Assembly: GCF_001194135.2 (NCBI RefSeq)
Contig: NC_068984.1
Coordinates: 85,754,032-85,788,504, forward strand
Direction of reading: 5' to 3'
DNA: 34,473 bases
Source: Octopus bimaculoides
Lineage: Eukaryota
In this document: piece after piece, positions 1-9,116 of the stretch
How positions within the stretch are numbered: position 1 is the first letter of the stretch
How the letters are laid out: each line of letters starts with the position of its first letter
The notes under the pieces: generated by a model
What the model was told of the DNA's origin: nothing
Database searches by the model: none
The model's input: the letters and a program-made list of their open reading frames with translations, nothing else
Translations under genes and position numbers: made by a program

Positions 1-339
1 ATATATATATAAACATATGTATATATATATATATACATGTATATGGATACATATGTGCAGATATATATATGCATGTATGCCTGTATATATGTGAGAGTAC
101 AGTTTCACTATAGTAGATTCAGTATGAAAATGAAACCATTAAAGTGAAAGTATTTGACGTGAGTGATTTTGTTTCACTTTTGACACGTAATACTTAAATA
201 GTGGAGGAGATATTATGTTGCTGTGGGCTCGAACTATGCAAGAAGTTAAAAAAATTTTGACTAAAACACAACCGGGACCCTAAGTAAGGTATGTGTAAAA
301 TTTGAATGAAATTGGTTGTGTAGTTCTGGAGTTTTAGGG

Positions 340-340
<1 letters not shown>

Positions 341-389
<49 letters not shown>
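341..389. repeat. (CA)n microsatellite (a TA/TATG tract also lies at 1-90)
   Basis: Direct reading of the sequence. Confidence 0.95.
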
Positions 390-394
<5 letters not shown>

Positions 395-603
395 TTCTCA
401 ATTTTATATATATATAGATGAATGTATGTATATATGTGTATGTATGCATTAAAGAGAAACTGCGGTAAGACCTCTTCACTTTCTGTACGCAAACACCATA
501 ATGTACATTTTATAAACAAAAAACATGAACAAAATAAATATTCCTCCGATGAGATCATAAGACGTAGAAACAACAGATTATTTTGAAAGACTCAACAGGA
601 AGA

Positions 604-771
604 AATGTTCAACATTCCAGAGAGAGGTATTTGAGGGGGACAGGGGAGTAAAGAATGTCCAACATTCCAGAGAGTGGATGGGGAGGAACGGGAGGAAGGA
701 ATGTTCAACATTCCAGAGAGGGGGATTTGGGGCGGAAATGGGAGGAAGGTGTGGAAGGAATGTTCAACATT
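604..771. repeat. Variant minisatellite: constant AATGTTCAACATTCCAGAGAG core with G-rich 25-38 nt variable parts; recurs at 1389-1514
   Basis: Cores start at 604, 654, 700 and 759; the array runs into the gap. Confidence 0.85.
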
Positions 772-1292
772 NNNNNNNNNNNNNNNNNNNNNNNNNNNNN
801 NNNNNNNNNNNNNNNNNNNNNNNNNNNNNNNNNNNNNNNNNNNNNNNNNNNNNNNNNNNNNNNNNNNNNNNNNNNNNNNNNNNNNNNNNNNNNNNNNNNN
901 NNNNNNNNNNNNNNNNNNNNNNNNNNNNNNNNNNNNNNNNNNNNNNNNNNNNNNNNNNNNNNNNNNNNNNNNNNNNNNNNNNNNNNNNNNNNNNNNNNNN
1001 NNNNNNNNNNNNNNNNNNNNNNNNNNNNNNNNNNNNNNNNNNNNNNNNNNNNNNNNNNNNNNNNNNNNNNNNNNNNNNNNNNNNNNNNNNNNNNNNNNNN
1101 NNNNNNNNNNNNNNNNNNNNNNNNNNNNNNNNNNNNNNNNNNNNNNNNNNNNNNNNNNNNNNNNNNNNNNNNNNNNNNNNNNNNNNNNNNNNNNNNNNNN
1201 NNNNNNNNNNNNNNNNNNNNNNNNNNNNNNNNNNNNNNNNNNNNNNNNNNNNNNNNNNNNNNNNNNNNNNNNNNNNNNNNNNNNNNNNNNNN

Positions 1293-1514
1293 TTTTATAA
1301 ACAAAAAACATGAACAAAATAAATATTCCTCCGATGAGATCATAAGACGTAGAAACAACAGATTATTTTGAAAGACTCAACAGGAAGAAATGTTCAACAT
1401 TCCAGAGAGAGGTATTTGAGGGGGACAGGGGAGTAAAGAATGTCCAACATTCCAGAGAGTGGATGGGGAGGAACGGGAGGAAGGAATGTTCAACATTCCA
1501 GAGAGGGGGATTTG
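1293..1514 (+). repeat. 222-bp duplicate of 508-729 on the far side of the first gap
   Basis: Apparently identical sequence at offset 785; possibly a scaffolding artefact. Confidence 0.85.
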
Positions 1515-1520
1515 ACTTTA

Positions 1521-1850
1521 TTGTTGTTGGCACTCCGTCGCTTACGACGTCGAGGGTTCCAGTTGATCCGATCAACGGAACAGCCTGCTCGTGAAATTAA
1601 CGTGCAAGTGGCTGAGCACTCCACAGACACGTGTACCCTTAACGTAGTTCTCGGGGATATTCAGCGTGACACAGTGTGACAAGGCTGGCCCTTTGAATTA
1701 CAGGCACAACAGAAACAGGAAGTAAGAATGAGAGAAAGTTGTGGTGAAAGAGTACAGCAGGGTTCGCCACCATCCCCTGCCGGAGCCTCGGTCTGGGAAT
1801 CGAAACCGCGATCCTATGACCGCGAGTCCACTGCGCCATTGCGCCTCCAC
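1521..1850 (-). mobile_element. tRNA-derived SINE family A, copy 1, (CAA)n tail, internally deleted
   Basis: Minus strand begins GTGGAGGCGCAATGGCGCAGTGG (A-box-like) then GGTTTCGATTCC (B-box-like). Homologous to 13312 and 29502. Imperfect 12-bp TSD (ATTTGACTTTAT / AATTAACTTTAT). Confidence 0.85.
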
Positions 1851-2396
1851 AATTAACTTTATAGAATTTCAATATTCAACATTTATGTGGGCATTGAATG
1901 TCTTAGACAAAAGAGGACAGTAAGGCACTATCCATTAATTACCAATTGTAAGCTGACCAATTTTTGTTTCAAAACCTCCATCATGTAGTGCCCTTCTTCT
2001 GTATGATGGATATCCATCATTACCAATTTGCGTTTCTTTAATGAAAATTTTAAGATAACGTTTCGTACACTTCTTGTCTTTCATGCAAGTTGCAGCTGGG
2101 TTGGGGTCGCCACATGGGCCGTGAACCATGTTCGATTTTATAATTTCATAAAGTTCTTTATCTTTTGTGGAATTTGGAATTTCTGCTGAGAGTATGGAAT
2201 CAATCTCATCAATCTGGATTTTCTGCAAAAGCTCGATTAAAATATGTGTGCGAAGTAGGCCTCTTTTCTGCCATTCAGTGGTATACATGTAGCAATGTAC
2301 TGGTCGAAATATGTAAGACTTAGTTATGAAGTCCATTTATTTTAAAACCTTGAAATGAAAAACTCTTGCAATTAGGTCGTGTCTGTTGATGTATAA
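1851..2396 (-). mobile_element. Helitron Rep/helicase fragment, degenerate
   Basis: RHDLIARVF...EWQKRGLLRTHIL...ISAEIP...MVHGPCG...CM...KCTKRY...DGYPSYRRR...WIVPYCPLLSKTFNAHINVEY matches Helitron Rep motif 2 and its downstream conserved blocks; in-frame stops are present. Confidence 0.9.
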
Positions 2397-3023
2397 TTGT
2401 TCTGGAAAAAGTTCAGCTTGGATTTCGTTCCATTTACGATTGCTAGTAAAAGTGATGAAAAGATCAGAGCGTCCATAATTACGCACGTAAGTCAATTTCC
2501 CTTCCTGATCGGTGATGCTATGGTTGTTTCGTATAGGCTCTTCTTTGGCTTAAACTGTATCATTTATGCTGTTTGGCTGTTCTACTTCTTGATATCTCCT
2601 TTCTTTTTTTTTTTTCTTTTTTTTAGTTCTCTTTTGATCTCTTCTACTTCCAATTCTGCCATCCACTTTTTTCTCCCAATAGTATTAGCCCGCTCCACTA
2701 GTCTCTGCTCTATTACTTCAAACATCCCCTTTTTCATCCATAGTGCTGACATACGTTTTCTGTAAGCTCTTATTTGGGTTCACTGTCCAAGTAGCACTGC
2801 ATCACTACCATGTTCTCTTGGCTTGTCTATTTCCTTCTTGAACCACTACCGAGCGAGCGGCCTTCTCTTAAAAGTCCTGCTTCATTTACTCTGTTATTAC
2901 TAGAGTTCCTGTGTAAACTTAAGTCTCTTATAAATTGAGATAAGGCAATATTCATGTGTGGTTTTATTTTGATAGCTTCGCTATGCACCCGATTTTGTTT
3001 TTTCTTTTCTTATCATTATTGCT

Positions 3024-3025
<2 letters not shown>
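2397..3025 (-). mobile_element. R4/Dong-clade LINE, 5' portion (5' UTR plus N-terminal DNA-binding region)
   Basis: VVMQCYLDSEPK*RAYRKRMSALWMKKGMFEVIEQRLVERANTI. Homologous to 28141-28477; the 5' end abuts (ATT)n at 3026-3104. Confidence 0.75.
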
Positions 3026-3104
<79 letters not shown>

Positions 3105-3892
3105 NNNNNNNNNNNNNNNNNNNNNNNNNNNNNNNNNNNNNNNNNNNNNNNNNNNNNNNNNNNNNNNNNNNNNNNNNNNNNNNNNNNNNNNNNNNNNNNN
3201 NNNNNNNNNNNNNNNNNNNNNNNNNNNNNNNNNNNNNNNNNNNNNNNNNNNNNNNNNNNNNNNNNNNNNNNNNNNNNNNNNNNNNNNNNNNNNNNNNNNN
3301 NNNNNNNNNNNNNNNNNNNNNNNNNNNNNNNNNNNNNNNNNNNNNNNNNNNNNNNNNNNNNNNNNNNNNNNNNNNNNNNNNNNNNNNNNNNNNNNNNNNN
3401 NNNNNNNNNNNNNNNNNNNNNNNNNNNNNNNNNNNNNNNNNNNNNNNNNNNNNNNNNNNNNNNNNNNNNNNNNNNNNNNNNNNNNNNNNNNNNNNNNNNN
3501 NNNNNNNNNNNNNNNNNNNNNNNNNNNNNNNNNNNNNNNNNNNNNNNNNNNNNNNNNNNNNNNNNNNNNNNNNNNNNNNNNNNNNNNNNNNNNNNNNNNN
3601 NNNNNNNNNNNNNNNNNNNNNNNNNNNNNNNNNNNNNNNNNNNNNNNNNNNNNNNNNNNNNNNNNNNNNNNNNNNNNNNNNNNNNNNNNNNNNNNNNNNN
3701 NNNNNNNNNNNNNNNNNNNNNNNNNNNNNNNNNNNNNNNNNNNNNNNNNNNNNNNNNNNNNNNNNNNNNNNNNNNNNNNNNNNNNNNNNNNNNNNNNNNN
3801 NNNNNNNNNNNNNNNNNNNNNNNNNNNNNNNNNNNNNNNNNNNNNNNNNNNNNNNNNNNNNNNNNNNNNNNNNNNNNNNNNNNNNNNNNNNN

Positions 3893-3939
3893 GAGAGGTT
3901 TTCCATGCCATTTTTCAGTCATAATATCTAAGGCAGCAA

Positions 3940-3944
<5 letters not shown>
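3893..3944 (-). mobile_element. R4/Dong LINE fragment at a 5' truncation point, running into the gap
   Basis: AALDIMTEKWHGKPL, homologous to ~18221-18280; joined to an (ATT)n/(ACT)n tract. Confidence 0.65.
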
Positions 3945-4038
<94 letters not shown>

Positions 4039-4061
4039 TTATTATCATCACCGTTACTACC

Positions 4062-4516
4062 ACAAGCGCTCACAGCCCTCAGCCAGTCGGACGCTGCAAT
4101 AGGGGAAACGTCCACTTTAGCTTTCTATAGAAGATTAGTAGAGAGAAAGTGCGACGACGTTCTTTGAGAGACTTTGGGAGTGAAAGAAGATCAGCTAGCC
4201 GCTCTTTTCCGGAGAACTTTCGGCCCGGGACCAATGGATAATTTCCAAAAATTTCTGGCCTGGCAGTGCTACAAAGGAGCTTTGCTTCTTCAAGATAAAC
4301 TGTACAGGCGCGGAAGTGCTGTCAGTCAAGCATGTCCAAGATGCACGCAGGACGACGAGACGGATCTGCATGCATTCGTCCAGTACCCGAACATTGCTGA
4401 CCTGTGGGTTTATGTCGAACATCTGCTGTCGCGTTTGGGACGGATCCTGCTGACAACTAAATCCATCGTGAAGATCGCCCCGCCACCTTCCTTCAACCAG
4501 GAAGGACAGACTGTCA
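4062..4516 (+). mobile_element. L1/Tx1-clade ORF2 C-terminal fragment (zf-RVT / CCHC region)
   Basis: FQKFLAWQCYKGALLLQDKLYRRG...CPRCTQDDETDLHAF shows the CxxC-x4-ET-xx-H motif. Confidence 0.8.
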
Positions 4517-4621
4517 ATCCTTTGATAATTACTTTCTTTTAGTACTTTTAGTAATTGCTATATACCTAATTAACAAGCAGCTTTCTACATTATAGTATAG
4601 ATTTTGGTACCTAGAATGTCA

Positions 4622-4800
4622 TCAAGCGCTCACAACCCTCTACTAGTAGGGCAATGGGATCGCTGGATGTTCCACTTTAGAAATTTATGGGGGATTAGTT
4701 GCGGGGAAGTGCGACGACGTTCTTGGGTAGACTCTGGGTGCCGATGAGAACGAACTGGCTAGTCTGTTCCGGAGGACTTTTCGGTCGGGAACTATCATGA
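4622..4800 (+). mobile_element. Second, diverged L1/Tx1 fragment homologous to ~4062-4230
   Basis: Shared blocks CAAGCGCTCACA, TCCACTTTAG, AAGTGCGACGACGTTCTT and TTCCGGAG.ACTTT. Confidence 0.7.
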
Positions 4801-4932
4801 CCCTCCAGTTCCTACTTGGTCTTGCACTGCCAGTATAGTGCACTCGGTCTCTTTTTTTAGTATTTTTTTTAGCCAATCTCACCTAATTTTTCCAGCAACT
4901 TCTCTTGTGGCTGCATGGAACTGATTGTGTAG

Positions 4933-5057
<125 letters not shown>

Positions 5058-5607
5058 GAGTGAGAGAGCAGTGCATGCCATCAAAGTGACACTGGGGTAA
5101 AATATACGAAGCCCAGTATACCCACCATGACTACCCGTCTGATAAGGGTACACCAGGCACATGCATCACAACCATATGTGCGCAACATGGTGATCTCATA
5201 TCAAGATAAACAGCGCATAACTTCGCAGGTGGGGGCCCAGTTAGAATTTTCTTCAGATCGAGTAGCCCATCCCGCTCAAAAGGTCCCTGAATAAGGTTCG
5301 TTTAAGGATGTTGAGCAAAACACCCATGTTTCCAAAGGTGAATTATTCAAACCCTAAAGAATTCCTCTCAACACATGGCTTTGATGCTCCCACACTACTG
5401 TCCGTGATGGGAGGTGCACATATCGTCAACCACCAAGGGACATGCTCAACTGGTTACGGTCAAATACCTGACAAGCAAATCTGTGGTATTGAGCAGAATA
5501 TTTGCTGTAGCCCATCTTTTTATACCAAGACAAAACAAGGTATATAACACTTCCAATCAATTAAGATCAGAAGCCATGGGAGCCACTGCCTGGTACTGCA
5601 TCCGGGC

Positions 5608-5609
<2 letters not shown>
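5058..5609 (-). mobile_element. ~550-bp non-coding interspersed element flanked by (ATT)n, copy 1
   Basis: Colinear homology with 5762-6305 and partially with 16199-16378. No convincing ORF and no tRNA head. The strand is inferred. Confidence 0.7.
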
Positions 5610-5667
<58 letters not shown>

Positions 5668-5668
<1 letters not shown>

Positions 5669-5746
5669 TCTCTTTATCAAAGGTTTTGTTGGAACTCCTG
5701 GAATCTTGCATGCGTAGCGGGCTTGCTACCTGCAGCCTACGGTACC
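5668..5746 (-). mobile_element. ~80-bp 3'-UTR-only Dong insertion inside (ATT)n
   Basis: GTAGCGGGCTTGCTACCTGCAGCC matches the 3' UTR motif at 16609 and 24998; (ATT)n on both sides. Confidence 0.55.
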
Positions 5747-5761
5747 ATTATTATTATTATT

Positions 5762-6305
5762 GAGTGAGCAGTGCATGTCATCAAAGTGACACTGGACTAC
5801 AAATATACGAAGTCCACTATAACCATCATGACTACCCGTCTGATAAAGGTACACCAGGCACAGCCATCACAACCACATATGCGCGACCTGATGATTTCCT
5901 ATCAAGATAAACAGCGCATGACTTTGCAGGTGGGGGCCCAGTTAGAAATAGAATTTTCTTCGAGTCGAGTAGCCCATCACACTCAGAAGGTCCCTAAATA
6001 TGGATGTTGAACGAAATACCCGTGTTTCCAGAGATGGTTTAAACATCAAAGAATTCCTCTCAACACATGGATATGGTATTCCCCCATTACTTCTGCTCAT
6101 AATCAAAGATGCACATATCGTCATCCACCAAGGGACATGATCAACTGGTTAAGGTCAAACAACTGACAAGAAAATCTGTGGTACAGAGCAGAATATTTGT
6201 TGTAGCCTATCTTTTATACCAAAACAAAACATATATGTGATAACACTTCCAATCAGCTAAGATCAGAAGCCATGAGAGCCAATGCTTGGTATTGCATCAG
6301 GGCAT
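5762..6305 (-). mobile_element. ~550-bp element, copy 2
   Basis: Same two ends as copy 1, with scattered substitutions. Confidence 0.7.
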
Positions 6306-6384
6306 ATTATTATCAGTGATATTTCCTCATTTATACTTTTGTGGCTAATAAGAAAAATCATCATCATCATCATCATCATCATCG

Positions 6385-6715
6385 GGAAGTTTCATCAAAG
6401 CGCAGATTAGCTACATCTTGGAAATCATTCCGAAAAATGAACAAGATAAATAAATGCCGTGTAGGAATGTCCAAACAATATTTCTTAGATCCCTGTACTT
6501 CTATTTCTGAAACTTGGCTATCCTTGTTGGCAAACTTCAGACAAATGGTTGTGTATCACTCCGGCCGCATCAGTTACAAGAAGTATGATAGATACATACC
6601 TTAAGTGCCATAGTTTTTCTAACTCAGCAGTCAGGTCAGTATAATTTCTTAGCATTTCAGATCTTTTCTGTGCAACAAAATAATCATTTGATATTAAGTG
6701 TTGAGAATTAGTTCA
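6385..6715 (-). mobile_element. Highly diverged R4/Dong 3' fragment (RLE C-terminus)
   Basis: KRSEMLRNYTDLTAELEKLWHLRYVSIILLVTDAAGVIHNHL resembles the KYxDLxxEIxxLWxL...VVIxAxGxIP block; a (GAT)n tract follows its 3' end. Confidence 0.55.
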
Positions 6716-6837
6716 CTATTACTATTTTTGCTACGTGATATGACGTTAGGATAAAGCTCCATAGTATTTTTCCACGTGCGTGTGTGTGTGTGTGTGTGCA
6801 TATATATATTTATATTTATACATTTATATCTATAAAA

Positions 6838-7200
6838 ATTAACAGAATGAGATTAAAAAATCCAAGGCTGTGAGAGTTTTCAGAACATTTATAAAGAGAA
6901 GGTCTTACAGCTGTTTCCGGGATATTTTATATATCCCTTCATCAGAGACGGTGCGAGAGAATGTTTAAGTAATAGTTATTATAGAGAAGATATGAAATAC
7001 AGAATGAAGTGGAGGAAAGAAAACAGGCGCGAGATACGTAAGGATATTGTATCTGCAGTTCCATTATTTAAGCAGAATGGTGTATATATAAATTTCCTGT
7101 ACCATGTGTGTGAGTTCCGATGGTGTTTATAATTGGTCATTCCAAGCATAGTCTTGTAAACGGTGTTATTCGATCGAGAGTTTATATCTGCATAAATGCA
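6838..7200 (-). mobile_element. Probable Penelope-like element terminal repeat remnant; boundaries approximate
   Basis: Contains a minimal hammerhead of the kind known from Penelope terminal repeats; no ORF is visible. Confidence 0.45.
6902..6949 (-). ncRNA. Type I minimal hammerhead ribozyme
   Basis: RNA: GUCU CUGAUGA A GGGAUAU AUAAA AUAUCCC G GAAA C AGCU GUA/AGAC. All core nucleotides present; 4-bp stem I, 7-bp stem II, 2-bp stem III with a palindromic AGCU loop. Confidence 0.85.
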
Positions 7201-7621
7201 GGCACACGCACAAACAAACACACACACACACACACAAGTTTATTACTCGGCGTGTGTGTGTGTGTTTTCCGCTTAGGTTGTATAGCGCACGTACACTCGC
7301 TCGTACAAACATCCAAGAAGGTATAAGCATACGCACACATGTGGCTTGGCGCACATACGCTCATACAGCGAACTAAATAAAGGTTTGGGGTATCAGAGTT
7401 CTTTTAATATAATCTTAGTTTCTCTTCGTGTGCTGGCGATGTTACAAAGCTACACACACACATCTTTGATGTCAAAATAATTTAGAATCTGTAAGAGAGC
7501 GTGAAGTATTTCTGGTTTGGAATGGTGATTCTTGAAGCAGATAAAGCTATAAATATTAGATTAAAAATCCTTTGAATAGAAAAACTCAAAGGATGTCCGT
7601 GGAACTTGAATCCATATCTCC

Positions 7622-7828
7622 TGTAAACATGACAGACATTCTGTCATTGGACTAAAACAATCCTTCGAATATTTCTTTCCATTTTAGAAACTTTACTCTT
7701 ATCAGTGTTATTGACATCATAAGAATTTAGAAACGTCAAAAGTGAAATAATTGGTTTAGAATTAAGTTTCTAAAATGAATAGAGAAAATTCGAAGGATTG
7801 CTTTGGTAGAATGTTTATCATGTATACA
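7622..7828. repeat. ~207-bp imperfect foldback palindrome (MITE-like)
   Basis: CAATCCTTCGAAT...CATTTTAGAAACTT pairs with AAGTTTCTAAAATG...ATTCGAAGGATTG; the outer arms TGTAAACATGA and TCATGTATACA also pair. Confidence 0.7.
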
Positions 7829-7959
7829 ATATATATGGGTTGGAGTCCGACGGGGGCCTTCGACATTTTATACACAAAGGAGTTTTTTAACCCAATATTT
7901 ATTTACACGTTCCTTTTTATAGCTTTATAGACTTCAAAATTCACGAATCGAAAAGATAG

Positions 7960-8400
7960 TTATATATATGCGCTGAATCTGTGCTGTTTCTGGTCTCCAC
8001 AGCTGATGAGAGGACTTCCGTGATTATTTATCGTTTTCCGTTGAGTGTTTTCGTGTTCTATTTCAATTTTCAGTTTTAGATCAGTAGCACACAGTATCCT
8101 AAACTTATTTTCCATCTGCTGATGTCCGCCCATCTCGCTATGACCATTCCATTTTTTGTTTTCCTTAATCTCCCCTTTCTCTTCCTCCTTGTCTTTCTCT
8201 TTTGTTCTTACTGCCATTTTCTATTCTTTTCTTCTTCTTACTGCCACTTATAATTTTTCCGTCTCTCGAACTTTCTTTCTGTCCAAATTACGTTTATTAC
8301 CAACTGTTTCACACTTGCACTTCTAATTTTTCCTCTTTTTAAGTTCCTCTACCCACTACAGCGAGCCAATCTCCAAATTCTCCAATCCCATTCAACCATT
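7960..8400 (-). pseudogene. Possible degenerate non-LTR ORF1 (gag-like) remnant
   Basis: Weak: GSPLISCGDQKQH looks like a decayed knuckle, and the composition resembles the 21383-23200 element. Confidence 0.2.
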
Positions 8401-8692
8401 TCTATTGAATATTTCGTTGCAGTCAGACGCACTTTACTTTTTCTTGCTCCTGTTCGAGACGAAATTTTCTTTCTTCGCACTATTACTTGATGGGTGTTGT
8501 TTTTCGTACCTTGTCGAAAGGCTACCACATGTATGTATGTATGTATGTATGTATGTATGTTCTATCTATCTATCTATCTTGCATGAAGCATTTTCTGATA
8601 TATATATACAAATGTGTTAATTGTTTTATAAAACCAAAATAGTTCAAGATATAAGAAGTAATTCAAGTCGATGGTTTGTACTTTTACCTTGT

Positions 8693-8733
8693 ATTTCAAT
8701 ATTTCGGTGTTAGGACTCACTTCTTCAGAAAAT
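8693..8733 (-). ncRNA. Candidate loop-less (obligate dimer) minimal hammerhead ribozyme
   Basis: RNA: AUUUU CUGAAGA A GUG AGUCCUAA CAC C GAAA UAUU/GAAAU. Core present; stem III can form only intermolecularly, via the AUAU palindrome. Confidence 0.55.
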
Positions 8734-9076
8734 TTTCGGAGAATTCATGTCGTGCGCTCACTGCACCAGGTAAAAGTACTAACCATTGATTTAAATTATT
8801 CCTATTAGCTTGCATTGTTTGGCTTTATAAAAAAGATTTAAACACATACACACACAATGTTACTGTAATACTTATGACTGTCAGCAGTTTTCCGTTTCAT
8901 TTATATGTTGTCCATCACATTTAGTCCTTGTATGCTTCTCACCTCAGTGATATTCAGACGAGTAGTACCGAATCTATGCTGATTCTGGTCTCCATGACTG
9001 ACGAAAAGATTTTCATATATATTTGTCGTTTTCTATTAGTCGTTTCCATGTTCCACTTCGATATCCACCTTTCTTT

Positions 9077-9081
9077 CTCTC

Positions 9082-9116
<35 letters not shown>
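9077..9116. repeat. (CT)n microsatellite at a gap edge
   Basis: Direct reading of the sequence. Confidence 0.95.

Noticed and set aside
123-158. 36-nt plus-strand exon (YENETIKVKVFD) with a GTGAGT donor
   Set aside because: The acceptor lacks a polypyrimidine tract and I do not recognise the peptide; too weak to call.
604-771. CRISPR-like array
   Set aside because: Eukaryotic context, no cas genes, and the spacers resemble each other (they end in GGAAGG/AAAG); better explained as a minisatellite.
5443-5506. HDV-like ribozyme in the 550-bp element (interleaved AGCAAAU/AUUUGCU and UGCUCAA/UUGAGCA helices plus a GUCA/UGAC hairpin)
   Set aside because: The segment that should form P3/L3 is only 8 nt, the P1.1 GG is missing, and copy 2 breaks both helices. 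A pseudoknot remains possible.
6600-6667. Minus-strand 68-nt exon with good splice signals
   Set aside because: The reading frame continues past the donor as a Dong RLE C-terminal motif, so it is LINE sequence.
7386-7398. tRNA-iMet primer-binding site (TGGGGTATCAGAG) after AATAAA
   Set aside because: Two extra G, no CA-ending LTR directly upstream and no gag/pol downstream.
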